From: Paraspadella gotoi
Taxonomy: Eukaryota > Animalia > Chaetognatha
NCBI GenBank assembly: GCA_051294375.1
Contig: CM119270.1
Location: 13,013,117 to 13,077,116, forward strand
Reading direction: 5' to 3'
Length of the DNA stretch: 64,000 bases
The notes beneath the pieces were generated by a model, which was given only the letters and a program-made list of their open reading frames with translations, was not told the origin of the DNA and made no database searches. The position numbers were made by a program, and so were the translations under genes. This document shows positions 11,763 to 25,379 of the stretch, piece by piece (within the stretch, counting starts at the first letter, position 1; the number at the start of each line of letters is the position of its first letter).

Positions 11763-14700
11763 ATGTCGACGGAACAGTATGAGGATGACGTGATCATCGA
11801 AGACAGCGTCACGGACGACGAATACGTCGACGGGTTGGACGAAGGTGAGGTTTAATGAAAACTAAAACTAACGTTGGTAACGTGTTGCTTTATATCGATT
11901 TTGTTTATCGTTAAAATTAATTTATTCTGTTTCTTGATCTGCTGGTACCGTGAGCACTGAGCATTGAGCAAGTGAGCATTTTTATCATCATTTCTCAGAA
12001 TTCCCGAAATCTACGGATGAACAGATCGTCTCCGATCTCCTCCTCGAAATGACGGACCGTTTGGCCCGAGGTTCTAACGGTTCTCATCCATCAACCCCGT
12101 CCCATGACCGCCTGAAAGCGTCGCCTATGCCGGATCGGCTCGACCACCCTCTCTCTTCGTCCAATTCTTCTCCCAAAAACTCCCCTTGTCCCGCCGGTTC
12201 TTCCGCTTCCCTGCCGCCCCCGCTTCGGGCTTCGCCGGAAAGCGCACGCCTCCACCGCCTCGCATCTCACGAGGGCAGGAAAAATGGCAGCGTCGCCGAG
12301 ATCTTGAAGAGGAACTCTGCCGAGAGCGCGAGGGCCGCAGCTGCGATGGAGAGCGCCCGACCCTCTAGCGTGGGCGAGATGTCGAAAACGGCGAAGCACT
12401 TCGAGGCGGAGGGCGCGCGGGTCGGAGAAGTCGGCAGACCCTCCAGCGTGACCGGCACCGCTGACACGAAGAAGACTTCGTCCCCGTGCGATTTGGAATC
12501 GGCGGCCGCTTCATTGGCTAAACTAGCCAGGGATTTAAAGCCCCAGGTTTTGAAAACCTCTTGGTTAAATAAGCAATGTATGTGTGGACAATTTATTGTT
12601 CACAAAAGCGTCAATTGATTCGTACTGCAGACGAGCAGCAGTAGCGTCTCCATCGCGAGCAGCGGAAGGGGCGGATTTCCGGCTCCGCCGCCGATTCCCG
12701 ATCCGGTCTCCATCGAACCGAGGTCGGTTCCTCCCTTCGACGTTTCCAAACTTAATCAGGTCCTCCAACTCAACGAAGCCCTGCTGTCGACTGATTCCGG
12801 GGAAGATTCCTCAGGTTCGTCGTTCTTCGGTCCCGGGGGTTTATTGTTTGACATATGTTTCGTAAGGGACTGTAGTTACAATATTTAATTGTAGTGTGTT
12901 TCGAATATCCCGCCTAAACAGACTTTCACGACGCCGACGATTCCGACGAGTTCCAACCACCGAGCGACATGGAATCTGGAGCGACAAAGCCTTTCAAAAT
13001 GCACGAAAGAATCAAGGAGAGCGCCTTCCAGGTGAGTCAGGTGAAACGACGACGAAGAAAAAAAAAGATGATCCCTATGTATTTGCGTCTTCAGAGTTCC
13101 ACGAGTCCCTTGTTTCTATCGAGTCGGTTGGCCAGATTCGCCGGAGAAAGACAAACGAACGAAGGTAAAGCGAATCCTCAAATCGAGCGCGATCAACTTT
13201 CAACCAAACCTCGTCTCTGTTTCTAGCCGTCGCCCTCGACGCGGACCGCGCCTCCGCCGAATTTCAGTCTTCCAACTCTTCTCCAAACTTTCCTCCGGTT
13301 CTTCCTTCCGAACGAGAATTCAATCCCGTCCCCATCTCCGTCGTCGAAGCCTCTTACGCTCGTTCTCCGCCTTCTATCGGTTACGACGGAGAGGGTCTCC
13401 GTCATTCTCATCATTTTCTTCCTCCTCCTCCGCTGTCTCAGCATCATCATCCTCAACATCCCCATACTCATCCTCAGCGTCTTCGGACTCACGAATTTCT
13501 TCAGAAATTTCAAAACCGCGTCGACGCCGTGCTCGCCGAAGCCGCTCGCGCCAAACTCACGGCCGACACTTGCGCCGAAAGAGTCAGCTCTGTGATAAGA
13601 AGCTTTCCGGTAGAATTAAAAGCGTACGAAGGTGAATAGATAGGAGATTAATCCATTTACCACTTGGTAGATATTTTCTAATTACTTTTTTTAACAACGA
13701 TTAAGGTCAAGACGGCCACTACAACGTATTTTCATACATGATAAAGCAGTGGACAGAAAAGGAAACCAATGACTACTCCAGCGTAGAGACCTTGTTCTCG
13801 TCTTCCGCCATCTTACGGTGCTTTCCTCAGGGGGACTCCAAAATTATTATGGGTAAGTAAAAAATTAATAGTAAATCTTTTTTATCGTAAAATAAACGCA
13901 CAATCCTTAAACCTTCTATCCCAGTGGCCATAGAAGAGGCTGACCGAATCTACTCGTCGGAGGCGGGATACACCCCGGCCCGCGCCTCCCGTTTGTATTC
14001 GCTCCTTGGGCGCCTCACTTCGTCCGTCTTCGACTCCATATTCTTCGCGAATCATCTTCAGTTCTTCTGCATCGATCTCCTCTCGCGTTGTCTCGGGGAC
14101 GGAGGGGAATACGGGTGAGAGCTCGTCAATGATTTGTATTTTGCTGTTTTGGTATTATGTTGTTCACGTTGTGGAAATTTTTCGTAGACTTTTTTACACA
14201 TTTTTAGAATTTTAATGTCTGAAACATTTAAAACATTCGGAAACGTTCGTCGATGTCTTTTTAAGTTCCTAATTTCCCCATCTTTCCTCGTCCCCCTTCA
14301 GATATTCCGCGACTCGCCTCTACCGCGGTCCCTTGTGGGCCCGCCTCTCCATCCTCGAAAGTTTTTTGCCTTTCGCCGCTCACGCCCTCTATTTGCGCCT
14401 TCCTAGCGCCGTCGCGGCCTTCGAGCGTCAAGCCGTCGCCGCCATCACGATTTGGACTGACGATCAGGTGAGCACGAACATGGATATGCATGTCGTTGTT
14501 GTTTATTTGAATTGATATTGTTTGATTGAGTTAGTGTTTTTGTTTTTGGTACAAAAGGGGGAAAAATTTGTCTAAGCTTTGAGACGCTCTTTTAAACCCC
14601 AGGCCAATCTCGAAGAGCGCCAATTCCTTCTTCGAATTTTGGTGAACTTACGTGACTGGCGATCGCCGTCTAAGAGATCACAAGCTACCCAGACGGAGTC

Positions 14701-16212
14701 CGCGGGCGAAAATCACCCGCAAAATGTGAGTCGGGTGTGTGTGTTCTCATTGATCTTTTTACGTAGCTTCTTATTTCTTCACTTTTAGCCTCAAAAAGTA
14801 ATCAACGATCGAAGACAAATTAACGCCAAGGCGCATAACAAACCCTCGACAAAGCAAACCCAACAGAATCGTTTTCGAGTTAGTCAATATAAATTTTCTT
14901 CACCAAATTAATTTTCTAATTGCGGCTTTTCCTCTCAGCGGCCACCGCCGGCCGAAGCCGATTCAAACTCCAGCGCCACCTTTTGGGATTCTTCCGACGA
15001 CGAGTCCATAAAATCAGGATCTTCGTCGAGCGGTGGCGGTGGTGGTGGTGGTCGAGCTGTAGGAGGCGGCGGCGTAGGAAGCGGTGGGGGTAAAGGGAGA
15101 GGTAACAAACCTCTTCCAAGAAACAGGTTATGGAGACATCTTGGTTTTTCTTGCCGAAAATGTTGGATACATGATGATCGTGAACTAGATATTTTGTTTT
15201 ATCAGAGGTCGCCGCGAAAACGTACGATCGGCTCGCGTGACTCAGCGCGATTCTCGTCGCGGAAAAGAAAGTCAAGGGAGTCTTGACACACCTGCCGCCA
15301 CCGCCGCCGCCGCCGTTCCTCAAGGAGAGGACATGGCGGAGGCGCATCTGCAGCAGATTTCATGGGGCGATCAGGTACATAGACGCTGTTATTCCTTAAG
15401 TCATAGCGTTCAACCTCTCCGTGATTGCTACGTCCCTCTTCTTTTCTAGGTTTACAATCCAAAGGATTATAACCTCGTACCTCAAAACGCACGATTTTTC
15501 ATCATCAAGAGTTACTCGGAAATGGACGTTCAAAAATCGATCAAATACGGTTTGTATTCTTGAGGAAAATTGTCAATACGAAGTGGTTTATTCGTAAGAT
15601 CGTCTTCGTCAATAGGCATTTGGTGCTCCACCGAACACGGCAACCGGAAATTGGATCAAGCCTTCCGCTCACAGAACGACAGAGGACCCGTCCTACTCTT
15701 TTTCAGCGTCAACGGAAGCGGAGAGTTTTGCGGAATGGCAGAAATGATTGGCCACGTGAATTTTAGGACGTACGCGGGTATGTTGTTCTCGTTTGATATG
15801 TTCATTGTTTTTGAAGAATCATTCGCCGATATTTTTTCTCTTTTCCTTCTCTTTTAGGCATATGGAGTGATCCAAAATGGAAGGGAAAGTTCGACGTGAA
15901 GTGGATTTACGTCAAGAACGTTCCGAACCATCAGTTGAAACACATCCGATTAGAGAACAACGATTACAAACCGGTCACTAGTTCCAGAGACACTCAAGAG
16001 GTCCCGCCCGTTCAGGTAACGATATTTTCCGCTGGCATGGACCATCGAATCTTTCAAAAATCCATTTCGGTGACATTTCCCGCGTTTTTTAGGCTAAAAG
16101 GATGCTTTATATTTTGGACCACTTTAAAAGCACTTGTTCGATGCTCGATAATCTGGACAATTCTTACCCGAATTCCAACCACCAAAGCGGCGGAAGCAAT
16201 CGTCAACGGTGA
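11763..16212 (+). CDS. YTH-domain (m6A reader, YTHDF-like) protein with a long low-complexity N-terminus and an unidentified helical mid-region
   Basis: C-terminal exons read [117 protein letters not shown]. Upstream exons join by GT-AG introns; continuity was judged by eye. Confidence 0.85.
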
Positions 16213-17888
16213 ACCCGTATCGCGACGAACGAGAATAGAAAATCGAAACTATTTCTCATTAACTGCGGAAAAAACGCTTTCTGTGGAGCCGCCCGAATAA
16301 AAACTAATTTAGGAAACCACGAACGCTAAAAATTAAGCTGACGTTGCACACCTTCGAGTAGCGAGCGCACCGAGTGTACCATGTAGGTGCTTTCCTCAGT
16401 GCTTCAAACTTTCGTTTTCATGGAAATATAAACCTTCGCTCGACGAAGCAAACAAACAAACATTGCAAGAACTTATTATGCGACAAACTGTAAAAAAGAA
16501 CAATGTATGTATATCAGCGAACGACGAACTGCGAACGAAGTCGATTTTTTTTTGTGCGGCGGATGTGAAACGCGTTTACTGGATCTTGTGATAATCGGTG
16601 CCCAACTGATAAGAGGCATTTTTTCCTTTTAGTTTTCCATAAGTACGATTGCGTAATTCGTAGAAGTAAATTCGTTAGTTGTTTTCTAAATATTAAATGA
16701 CTGAGCGTTTTTGAAAACGTACACGTTTTTCCATTTAAAATTATTATCGTAAAAAAAAAGAGCTTTTTTCGTTTATTTGGAACTTCACATTGTTAATAGG
16801 ATAGTTTTTTCAAATAAAATATATCTAAAAATATTTGTTTTGAAGGGATTTTCAAGTATATCTTTGCCTATATCATTGAACATTTTTTTTTAAGTTTCCT
16901 TGTTTAGTTTGAGAATAAAACCATTAACATCCACGATTTTTCTACTGTTAAATTTATATTTTTTTTTCATGTTAAACTCCTCGTTATGCTGCTTGCTAAA
17001 ATGTAGCAAGTATCTTTAAATTAAAATATACTCACGATTTTGAGTAAATTTTGATATTAGTAGACCTAGTCTTTGAAATTCATCGAAAATTGTATCTTTC
17101 TGCGCATAATTTTTTGTAGGTATATTTTTTTAATGAAATAGTGTTTCAAGGTCTTTTTTCTTTCAAAACTATGTAGCCTATTCTGCTTTTTGTTTTGAAT
17201 GTAATCATTTTTTTATGCCATCTGAAATGCTCGCATTTAATAGTTGTCTTTTGCAAAATATAGTTATCGCCATTGGCATACATTTTTCATAGTTTCTTAA
17301 CAATGTCCTTGCTTTTTTGGGGATCTTATTTTATATATAAGCACCATCACCATGCCTCCAATTAATTGGTTTAGCTTAAGTTATAATTTCTTTAATTAAG
17401 CAAAATAAAAAATAAATTTTAATACCTGAATATTGAATAACTGTAGTTAAAATTTCTATTTTAATCATTTTAGTGACTTTTTCGTTTCATCTTCTTATTT
17501 TTGCCAAAAAATAATCATTTGAGAGTCTCCACACCCCTTTTTATAATTCTTAATACCTAATCTAAAAATTACTTTCGAATCCTCCGTTCAATTAATTATA
17601 TTGTATTGATCCTCTCTCGATTTGTTCCGGTTTAACTTAATTCGGGCTAGAGCTCAACTTTTTCCTTGTTTTTTTTTATTTCATTTGGCTCGTCGAGGTT
17701 TCATATGCCAGAATAAAAAATATAGCAATGGATTTCAACGCATTGAGCAGTCAATAAAACGGAAACTATTAACAGTATTCGTTTCATAGCTTGGAGACTT
17801 GGAAATAAATATAAAACTGAAAACTTAACAACCAAAAAAAATGCTCGGACACATCTAAGGTTTTTGGCTTAAATTAACTGGCGTATTC

Positions 17889-20800
17889 ATGCTTCCAACG
17901 CATCTGGAGGAAGTGAATCGCGCGAGTTTCAAGGAGGCTCGCCCGGTCGCATCCTCGGACCGAGGCAGAAACCACGAAACCCTCTGTGGCCGCCTTCGCA
18001 GTAGCGTCGACAGCATTCGCGGCCGCTTCGCCAGCAGCGTCAACAGTATTTGTAGCGTCGTCTCGCCTCGACGCTGGCGGTTCCGCCCCTGGGGAAACAC
18101 CATGCTCCATCTTCGAACTATCTCGAGCTGGAAACAAACCTTGCGATATGTACTTGGTGAGTCTTACGCTTCCAGAACATTCGCTATTAATCATTTCTCT
18201 AACTCGAGCTCGACATTTATCGGTCGTCTTATTGTCTTCAATTAGCCACGTTGGTCGGCTGTTCGTTCAAAACGAATTTGGAGCTGACTGCATCACAAGC
18301 TTTACTCTCGGGTTGGCTGGTTCTTCAGTTGTTGGGGGGCTGGCGCTTCACGAAAGTAGTTTTCTTAACCCTGAAAAGGGACGCCATTGGATTGTACGTC
18401 TTGTTAAAGGTGAGACAAAATGGGTCTCCCCATTAATCTGCCTTTTATAATAAAATTTGTACATAATCTTTTAGGTCAAATACATGTTAAACAAGAACAT
18501 CAAAGAAAAACAAAATATTCCCAGTCTATTCCGCCAAAACGTTTTAAAGCATCCACACAAAAGTTGTTTCCTGTTCGAAGATCAAGTCTGGACATTCCAA
18601 GATGTTTATCATTTTTCGAACAGAGTTTCCAACTATTTTCAAAAAGAGGTAATTTTTAAAAGGTGCAAGCCTAAGGAAATTTGTGACTTAAGAATATTAT
18701 TTTGTCACCAGGGGTTTTCCAAAGGAGACGTTGTCGCTCTCTTCATGGAGTCTCGTCCGGAGTTCGTGGGTTTCTGGTTGGGCCTGGCCGCCATCGGCGT
18801 CGAAACAGCCCTCATTAACTACAATCTGCGCACAGGTCAGGCTTGTGATTAGTCGCTTTTTTATTAGTTGTTAGTGATTTTTTGTCTTATTTTTTTCAAA
18901 ATTCTGCATATTCTTTCATACAGACTCATTGGCACATGCGGCCAATGTGGTCTCCTCTAAGGCGCTCATCTTCTCTTCCAACTTGTCTTCGGCGGTGGAC
19001 GAGGCGCTCCGCGGGGCCCACCTTCCACACTCCATGCGACTTTATTCCTACTCGACGAAGCCGCAGGCAGGCAGCAACGTGCCGTCGTCGTCTTCGACTG
19101 AATCCCCGGAATCGACGGAGACCCTCCGCTTCGTCACTGAAAGTCACGTGACGCCGTTGGAAGAAGCCCTCAGGAAAAGCTCTACTTTACCACCTTTGAA
19201 TCCACCCTCGGTGAGAAATAGGCACTTGAGAATCTTCAGCATAAGAAGGATGGTATTAATATGGTAAATTCGATATTATGCAATTATGATATGATATATA
19301 TATATATATTATGATATTATACTATTATGCTGTGATGTTTTTATATTGAACAATGCGAATGTCCTATCAAACACAATTAAGTCGGAAAAATTAAATTGAC
19401 AAAACGAAATATAGTATTAATTTAATGAGCATTGAGTGACACTCAAAAGTAGTCATTAACCAACATTAAACAATAAAACGTTTCCAGTATTTAATTTATT
19501 ACTACCATATAATTAAATTGTACTTTTGTTTAGGTCGAGTTTACTGATGTTATGTTGTACATTTTTACGTCGGGTACAACGGGACTCCCAAAAGCGGCTG
19601 TGATAAAGCATCAACGTTATTTCTTGTTTGCTTATGGAATAACTATTTCATTCAGGTAAAAACTAAATATCTAATAAAAAGGGTTGTAAGTCACGATACA
19701 TTGGGTTCTACACTACATATTTTTTTAGTATCTTACCTGAAGATATTGTCTACGGATGTTTACCTCTGTACCATACGGCGGGAAATAACTTAGGAGTAGG
19801 CACCGCCCTGATTCAAGTTAGTAGCCATTTGTTCAAAGAGCTTCTGGTGAGAGAACTTACTTACTAAACATCACAATTCATTACAGGGTTGCACTGTAGT
19901 TCTTCGTAAAAAATTTTCCGCCAGCCAATTTTGGAAAGATTGCTGTAGATACCGTGTCACTGTGATACAATACATCGGAGAAATTTGCAGATATCTGCTT
20001 GCGCAACCTTCATCACCGTATGAGAGTGAGCACAAAGTACGGTAAGTTTTTTGGAAGAAACTTTTGTTTTAGGTGGGAACTGTGAGTTGCACAACGTAAA
20101 TGGTTTAAAAAAAAGAAAAGAAATTAAAAAAAAAAAAAAAATTAAGCGCCCCGTCCCTCTTAACGGCTAGGCGAACACGGGGCTAGAACCTTTGGGTTGG
20201 GAGGCGAATGACTTGCCTCGTGCACCAATGGCCGCTGATAAACAGTTGGTGGATTTTAGTCCTCCATAATTCTTCGAAATATTATACCACTTCATTGATA
20301 GGGAAGCTCGGGACTCAGGGAGTGAATAAACGAGACTGTGAGAGAGTCCTGATTGAAATCTAGCAGGGACCTGTTATGTCATTATCTTGTAAGAGTGATG
20401 GAGGCCTTAAACCATCAAAGCCTGTCCACAATCAGGGGCAAGATAGCTTATTTATTAAATTAATGGATAATTTTCATATTGGTTGTACCAATTTCATAAT
20501 TTATAAAGTAAAATAATTTTAGGTTGGCAATCGGTAACGGACTCCGTCCTCAAATTTGGAAGAATTTTCAAACACGTTTCCACGTGGATCTCATCGGAGA
20601 ATTTTACGGATCCACTGAGGGCAACACCAACATCGGTGAAAATATTTAAAATTTATTTAAAATCCAAAAGGAGTCCCAACTTGTCGCTAATTTGTTTAAT
20701 TTGCGATTCAGTCAACATGACGTTTCGCCAAGGATGCGTGGGGTTCACGACGAGGATCATGCCCGCGCTCCATCCTGTTTCGCTCGTCAAAGTCGACGAG

Positions 20801-22640
20801 GAGACGGAATCTGTCGTCCGAGGTCCCGACGGGCTCTGCATGCATTGTCAGCCGGGTGAGCCGGGTCAATTGGTCGGCAGAATACCGCCCAAGGATCGGT
20901 TCTTGCAATTCGACGGATACGCCAATCAACAGGTTAGCCTTTCATGGGTAATGGGGTCAGAAAACCCTTGTTACAAGGTTTTTAACATCGTTGATGGACA
21001 AAATAGGCGACGAAGAAGAAAATCGTCTTCGACGTTTGGAAGAAAGGCGACATGGCGTTTTTGAGCGGTGACATTCTCGTCATGGACGAACTCGGATTCA
21101 TGTACTTCAAGGACAGGACTGGAGATACATTCAGGTCCGCGACGTCGCGTATTTAGAGACTTTTCCTTTTCGTTATCTTTGTTTTCATTTCTTTGTTTAT
21201 TGATTAAAGATGGAAAGGGGAAAACGTTTCCACGGCCGAAGTCGAGGGAATCATCATGCAGATTCTCGGCTTGCGCGACGTCGTCGTTTACGGAGTCGCC
21301 GTTCCGGGTGAGACGCTTTTCTTCGTTACGATCCACTTGACGAGAGGGGTTTCGCTTCCAGGCCTCGGGACGCTCTCTTTTTCTCAGGAGAAAATAACAT
21401 TTATTGACAATAGTGGCCTCTGTTATCTATTACAAATTGCTCGATTAAGGCGGGCGTTATGGGTAAGAAATCATGTTTTTTTACATTTTCAACAGATTTC
21501 ATATATTCGATGAAAGTTTTGTTTACCGGTTATTAAATCACCGTAACTTACGGCGCAATTTAAAATATTCGCGGTTCAACGGCGCTCGGCTATGCTCACA
21601 GAAAAATATCCCACTGTGGCGGTATATTCACCATCCCAGGCGTAGTGTTCCATACCCAGTCCTAACGACTTCCCTCTGCTTTGGCAAAGCGAAACCGTCT
21701 TAGGGTAACCGCGCCAGTGACTGCATGCGTCACTGAGGGTCGGAAGCCCTCAAAGCCAGCAGTGAGATGCCCCATCCCAATGGGCATTACAGGCAACCCG
21801 GCTGTTGCCATACCACTTTATTTTAATTTTAGCTATAGTTTCTTTACCCCTTTTTGCACTACAAGCCCTTCCTGACGGATAAAGATTACCGAAACGCTTA
21901 ATCGAGTTCCACTCTTGTATTGGCAAATGGAGGCTGGGGAGTTAAAAATTGTTTAAAAAAGATAAACATTACCGAAAACATTTTCTATCTTACTCTAGAA
22001 AAACAAGAATTCCTCCGGAAAAACAATGGTATAAGCTTTCCAAAAATTCTTATCTCCCCTTATCTGCCATCCTCGCTCCAGGAACTGAAGGCAAGGCGGG
22101 AATGGCGGCCATACATGTCGATCTCTCCGGGGGCGGGGCCAGCGGCGACGCGGGGGTTGGTGGCTGCGGAGATGTTTCTTACCCCGACCTCGATAATTTG
22201 GTAAGTAGTTGTCGAATTGGCCTGCATGGTGCATATATTTTTTCGTGCGTTCACTAGTAAATCTAACATGAATTTCGACCCCGAAATCAGGTGAACGAAA
22301 TGAAGACCAAGTTGCCGTCCTACGCGCAACCTCTTTTCATTCGTTTTGCTTCCGCCATCGACGCCACTGGAACCTTCAAGTTCAAGAAAAACTCCCTGCG
22401 GGAAGAAGGGTAAGTCCTATCAGTTATTATGCTTACTTATATGATTGCTTTTGTTTTGGTATGAATCGTCTAATTTTATTAGCATTTTTAAACCCACACA
22501 CCAGAATATTGTCTCCTATTAGGTACAATCCAGACAAGATCTCTGACTCGATTTTCGTGTTCGACGCCAATTCCAGCAAATACATTCCCCTGGACAGAAG
22601 GATTTACGATCAAATACTGAGCGGCGTCGTGAGGCTTTGA
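17889..22640 (+). CDS. Long-chain fatty acid transport protein / very-long-chain acyl-CoA synthetase (SLC27A1/4-like)
   Basis: [35 protein letters not shown] (AMP-binding motif), [68 protein letters not shown]. Start codon uncertain. Confidence 0.93.
20107..20235 (-). mobile_element. Short tRNA-derived SINE-like fragment in FATP intron
   Basis: Minus strand reads GCGGCCATTGGTGCACGAGG (A-box-like), TTCGCCTCCCAA (Gly-like anticodon loop), a truncated B-box, a GCCCCGT...ACGGGGC hairpin and a long T-run. Confidence 0.4.
21615..21812 (+). mobile_element. Twister-ribozyme-containing element, copy 2 (FATP intron, sense to host; internally deleted, catalytic G mutated)
   Basis: Ends TGTGGC...GCCATA, TSD CCAC (21611-21614, 21813-21816), 198 bp with part of the 5' half missing. 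Twister core spans 21677-21761 and has GCGA-AA-CCG instead of GCGA-GA-CCG. Confidence 0.87.
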
Positions 22641-24576
22641 AGACTGACGCCAGTTTTTATCCGGTGCCATCTTCTCTGCCGATTCTCATTGAAAAAAAAA
22701 TGCCGGCGCGGAAATGAATTCATGTTTTTATATATATTTGTTTTAGAATAACCTTAATTTTACGTCGTTCGCCAGATATTTTGTTCAGTGATTTATAAAT
22801 AATGAAAAAGAGAAAAAACGCGGGCAAAAAATTCAACAAAAAACGGGACACGCTTCTTTTTCTCGGCTAATCAAAATTCTTCCCGCGATCAGCGTTTGTG
22901 TAAAAACAAATGGTTGTCGACGCGTTCGGGTGTCTTGGTTGAAATAAACATAGGATTGTATTGGTCAATGGTCTTAATGCTCTCCCCCTCTCCTTTAATC
23001 TTTTCCCGGTTACCGGGTCCACTTAGTCACCAAATCATATTCCATCGCTAGCACAAAGTTGACCTGCGAGAGAAGACTTAAAACAAATGAAAAACCAATA
23101 TAAGTAACCATTGTTCGTGATTTGTCAGTGTATTGTGAATTAGGGTAACAATATGTCATTCTCATATTTAAAGATGTAAAAAAATTATTATAACATAGTC
23201 TGTCGCATTTTGCGACAGATTTATATTTTTAATTGTTTTCACCTCGCTCTACTTTTCTTTTTTTTTTTTTTATTTCTTTCTTTTCATTTATAGCTCGCTA
23301 TCTTTCTCTCTATCCCTCTCTCCGACTTTCTCCCTCCACTCTTTCGAACTCTTTCACTCTCCCGGACCCATGAAAACTGCCCGTGCCATGCGGATTCGGT
23401 TCACAACAGGATCTTGTCCTGTTGTGATCCCTGCCCCTCATCTCTCTTTCTCACACTCGACTTTAATTTCTCTTCTTAATTCTCGCCACAATTTGGTTTT
23501 GCCCGAAGCGCATCTCGCTTTTTCTTTTTTTTCCGGGCTTTGCTTTTTAGAACATCATGCGTTGACTTGTGTCATTGTTCATGATCTTTCTAATGTGTTT
23601 ACATCACTTTGTGTGATTTAATGTTTTTGTTTACGAAACGTTTCTTTTTATTGTTAATTACGTATAGATTTCAATGTTCATTATACATTTCTTGGTTATG
23701 TTAGTTTGAAACTAAAAGGTGCCTTTGGTAGTACGTTTCTATGCAAATTTCCCAACGAGTGTAAATTTTAGATTTTTTTTTCTATTAGTTCAAAGTATAG
23801 AAGGTAATCTGTACCTAAGTTTTCACTGATTTTATCTAGTAATAATTTTTTTACATTATTTCTTTTATTTGCATGAGTGTTTATTTTAAGTACCAATTTA
23901 TGGGAATAAGTTTCGACCTACTAATAATTATAAACTTATTGTATCTAGCCTAATGATTTTTGACACTTAATAGGTGTTCTATTTTATTCATTTGGTATTA
24001 TTTGAGAGCCATGCAAGGTTATTTTCGATTGATGAGAAACTTCCAAATAAGAGAACAATGTGGGAAAAAGAAGAATACGAGCTTATGAGCAAATTAGTCG
24101 AACGTCCATTTTATTTTTGTGATTTTTAAGTCCTTGAGGTATACAATACATGTATTTTATGCCCAAACCTTAAAAACGTATTTATGGGATTTAAAATTGC
24201 TATTTCCTTAGTGCTAAACACTACTTTGATACAAATATTAATGATTGCCAGTGAAGGTAATTGGAGAAGGCAATTATTTTGTATTAGACGCCTGCAATTT
24301 GCAAATGCTTTTTTGGCTTAGATGGCTGGCATACTTAGCGAACGCCTTTTATTTAAATGCTTATATAAATTTTTTATATTAAATTTGTATTCTTTGTTTT
24401 GCATTATTTCAAGGGGTTTTCATTATCTTTACAGTATGGTTTTTCTCGTTTGTAACATTTCTTGTGGCGATATCTCAGAGTCCCTTCACACTAGAGACTT
24501 AAATTGTGACTCATTTTGTAGCCCGCCGTCTGGAATTTAGGAATATATTCATTTTTATATAATTCTATAAGTCTTA

Positions 24577-24777
24577 AGGGCTAAATTTTACTTTCGCCGA
24601 CCGCGGTTATGGCGGCTTTTGAAAAATAATTGCAAAAATATATATATATTTTTCAAATTTAAAAAAAAATATTACTTAATTACCCTAAACCCTCTTAACC
24701 CTAATTACCCCTAACCTTAAACCACCCCTAAATTACTTTTAACCCTAACCCCGGTCGGCGAATGTAAAAGTAACCCT
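24577..24777. mobile_element. MITE with ~30-bp imperfect TIRs and internal telomere-like (TAACCC) repeats
   Basis: AGGGCTAAATTTTACTTTCGCCGACCGCGGTTA ... TAACCCCGGTCGGCGAATGTAAAAGTAACCCT, flanked by TA/TWA. Degenerate CCCTAA repeats at about 24681-24750. Confidence 0.65.
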
Positions 24778-25379
24778 TATATTATGTATCATACACAATG
24801 CCAAAACCTTCAAAACCGACTATCATTAATCTTTTTAAATTTTAAGGTTGGTAATATAAACAGTCGCGAAATGTTACAAACGAGAAAAATCATACTGTAT
24901 ATGGTTCTTCTTTAAATTTTTTTTCCTGGTTTTAAAATCATTTTTCAAATACCGTTTAGTTAATACTCGTTATACATTATTTCAATAATAAACCAAATAA
25001 AAATCAGTACCAAATACAAGAAAATATTCAATAGCTTTAAGTTTAAATTTTATGTTCGTATGTCGCGTTTAATACTCATAACTTGAGTTGCGAGTTGAAG
25101 CGATTGGTCAACACTAAAACAATAGTACAACGCTAATACTAAGTCGCCAAAAAGTATTTGGTTTTGGCCCGAAATAAAAACGGTTTCATGTATTTTTCGT
25201 ATTAGGTATATAATCCCCGGCAGCTACGAAAATTTGTTTTGCTCTCGCTTTTTTCTCCAATCATGGAAAAAAAATCGAATTTGTTAATTTACACAAAAAA
25301 GATTATCGTGAAATGTTTTGGTCCTACTCATCTTTTTCCAGATGAATTACAATTAAAAAAAAAGTATTTGAGAAAAAGA

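Noticed and set aside
20185-20235. tRNA-Gly gene
   Set aside because: T-arm and acceptor stem are incomplete; better explained as a SINE head. The same applies to 32323-32383.
23198-23219. Perfect hairpin TCTGTCGCA-TTT-TGCGACAGA before a CT-rich tract
   Set aside because: Might belong to a Helitron-like repeat, but no termini or second copy can be shown.
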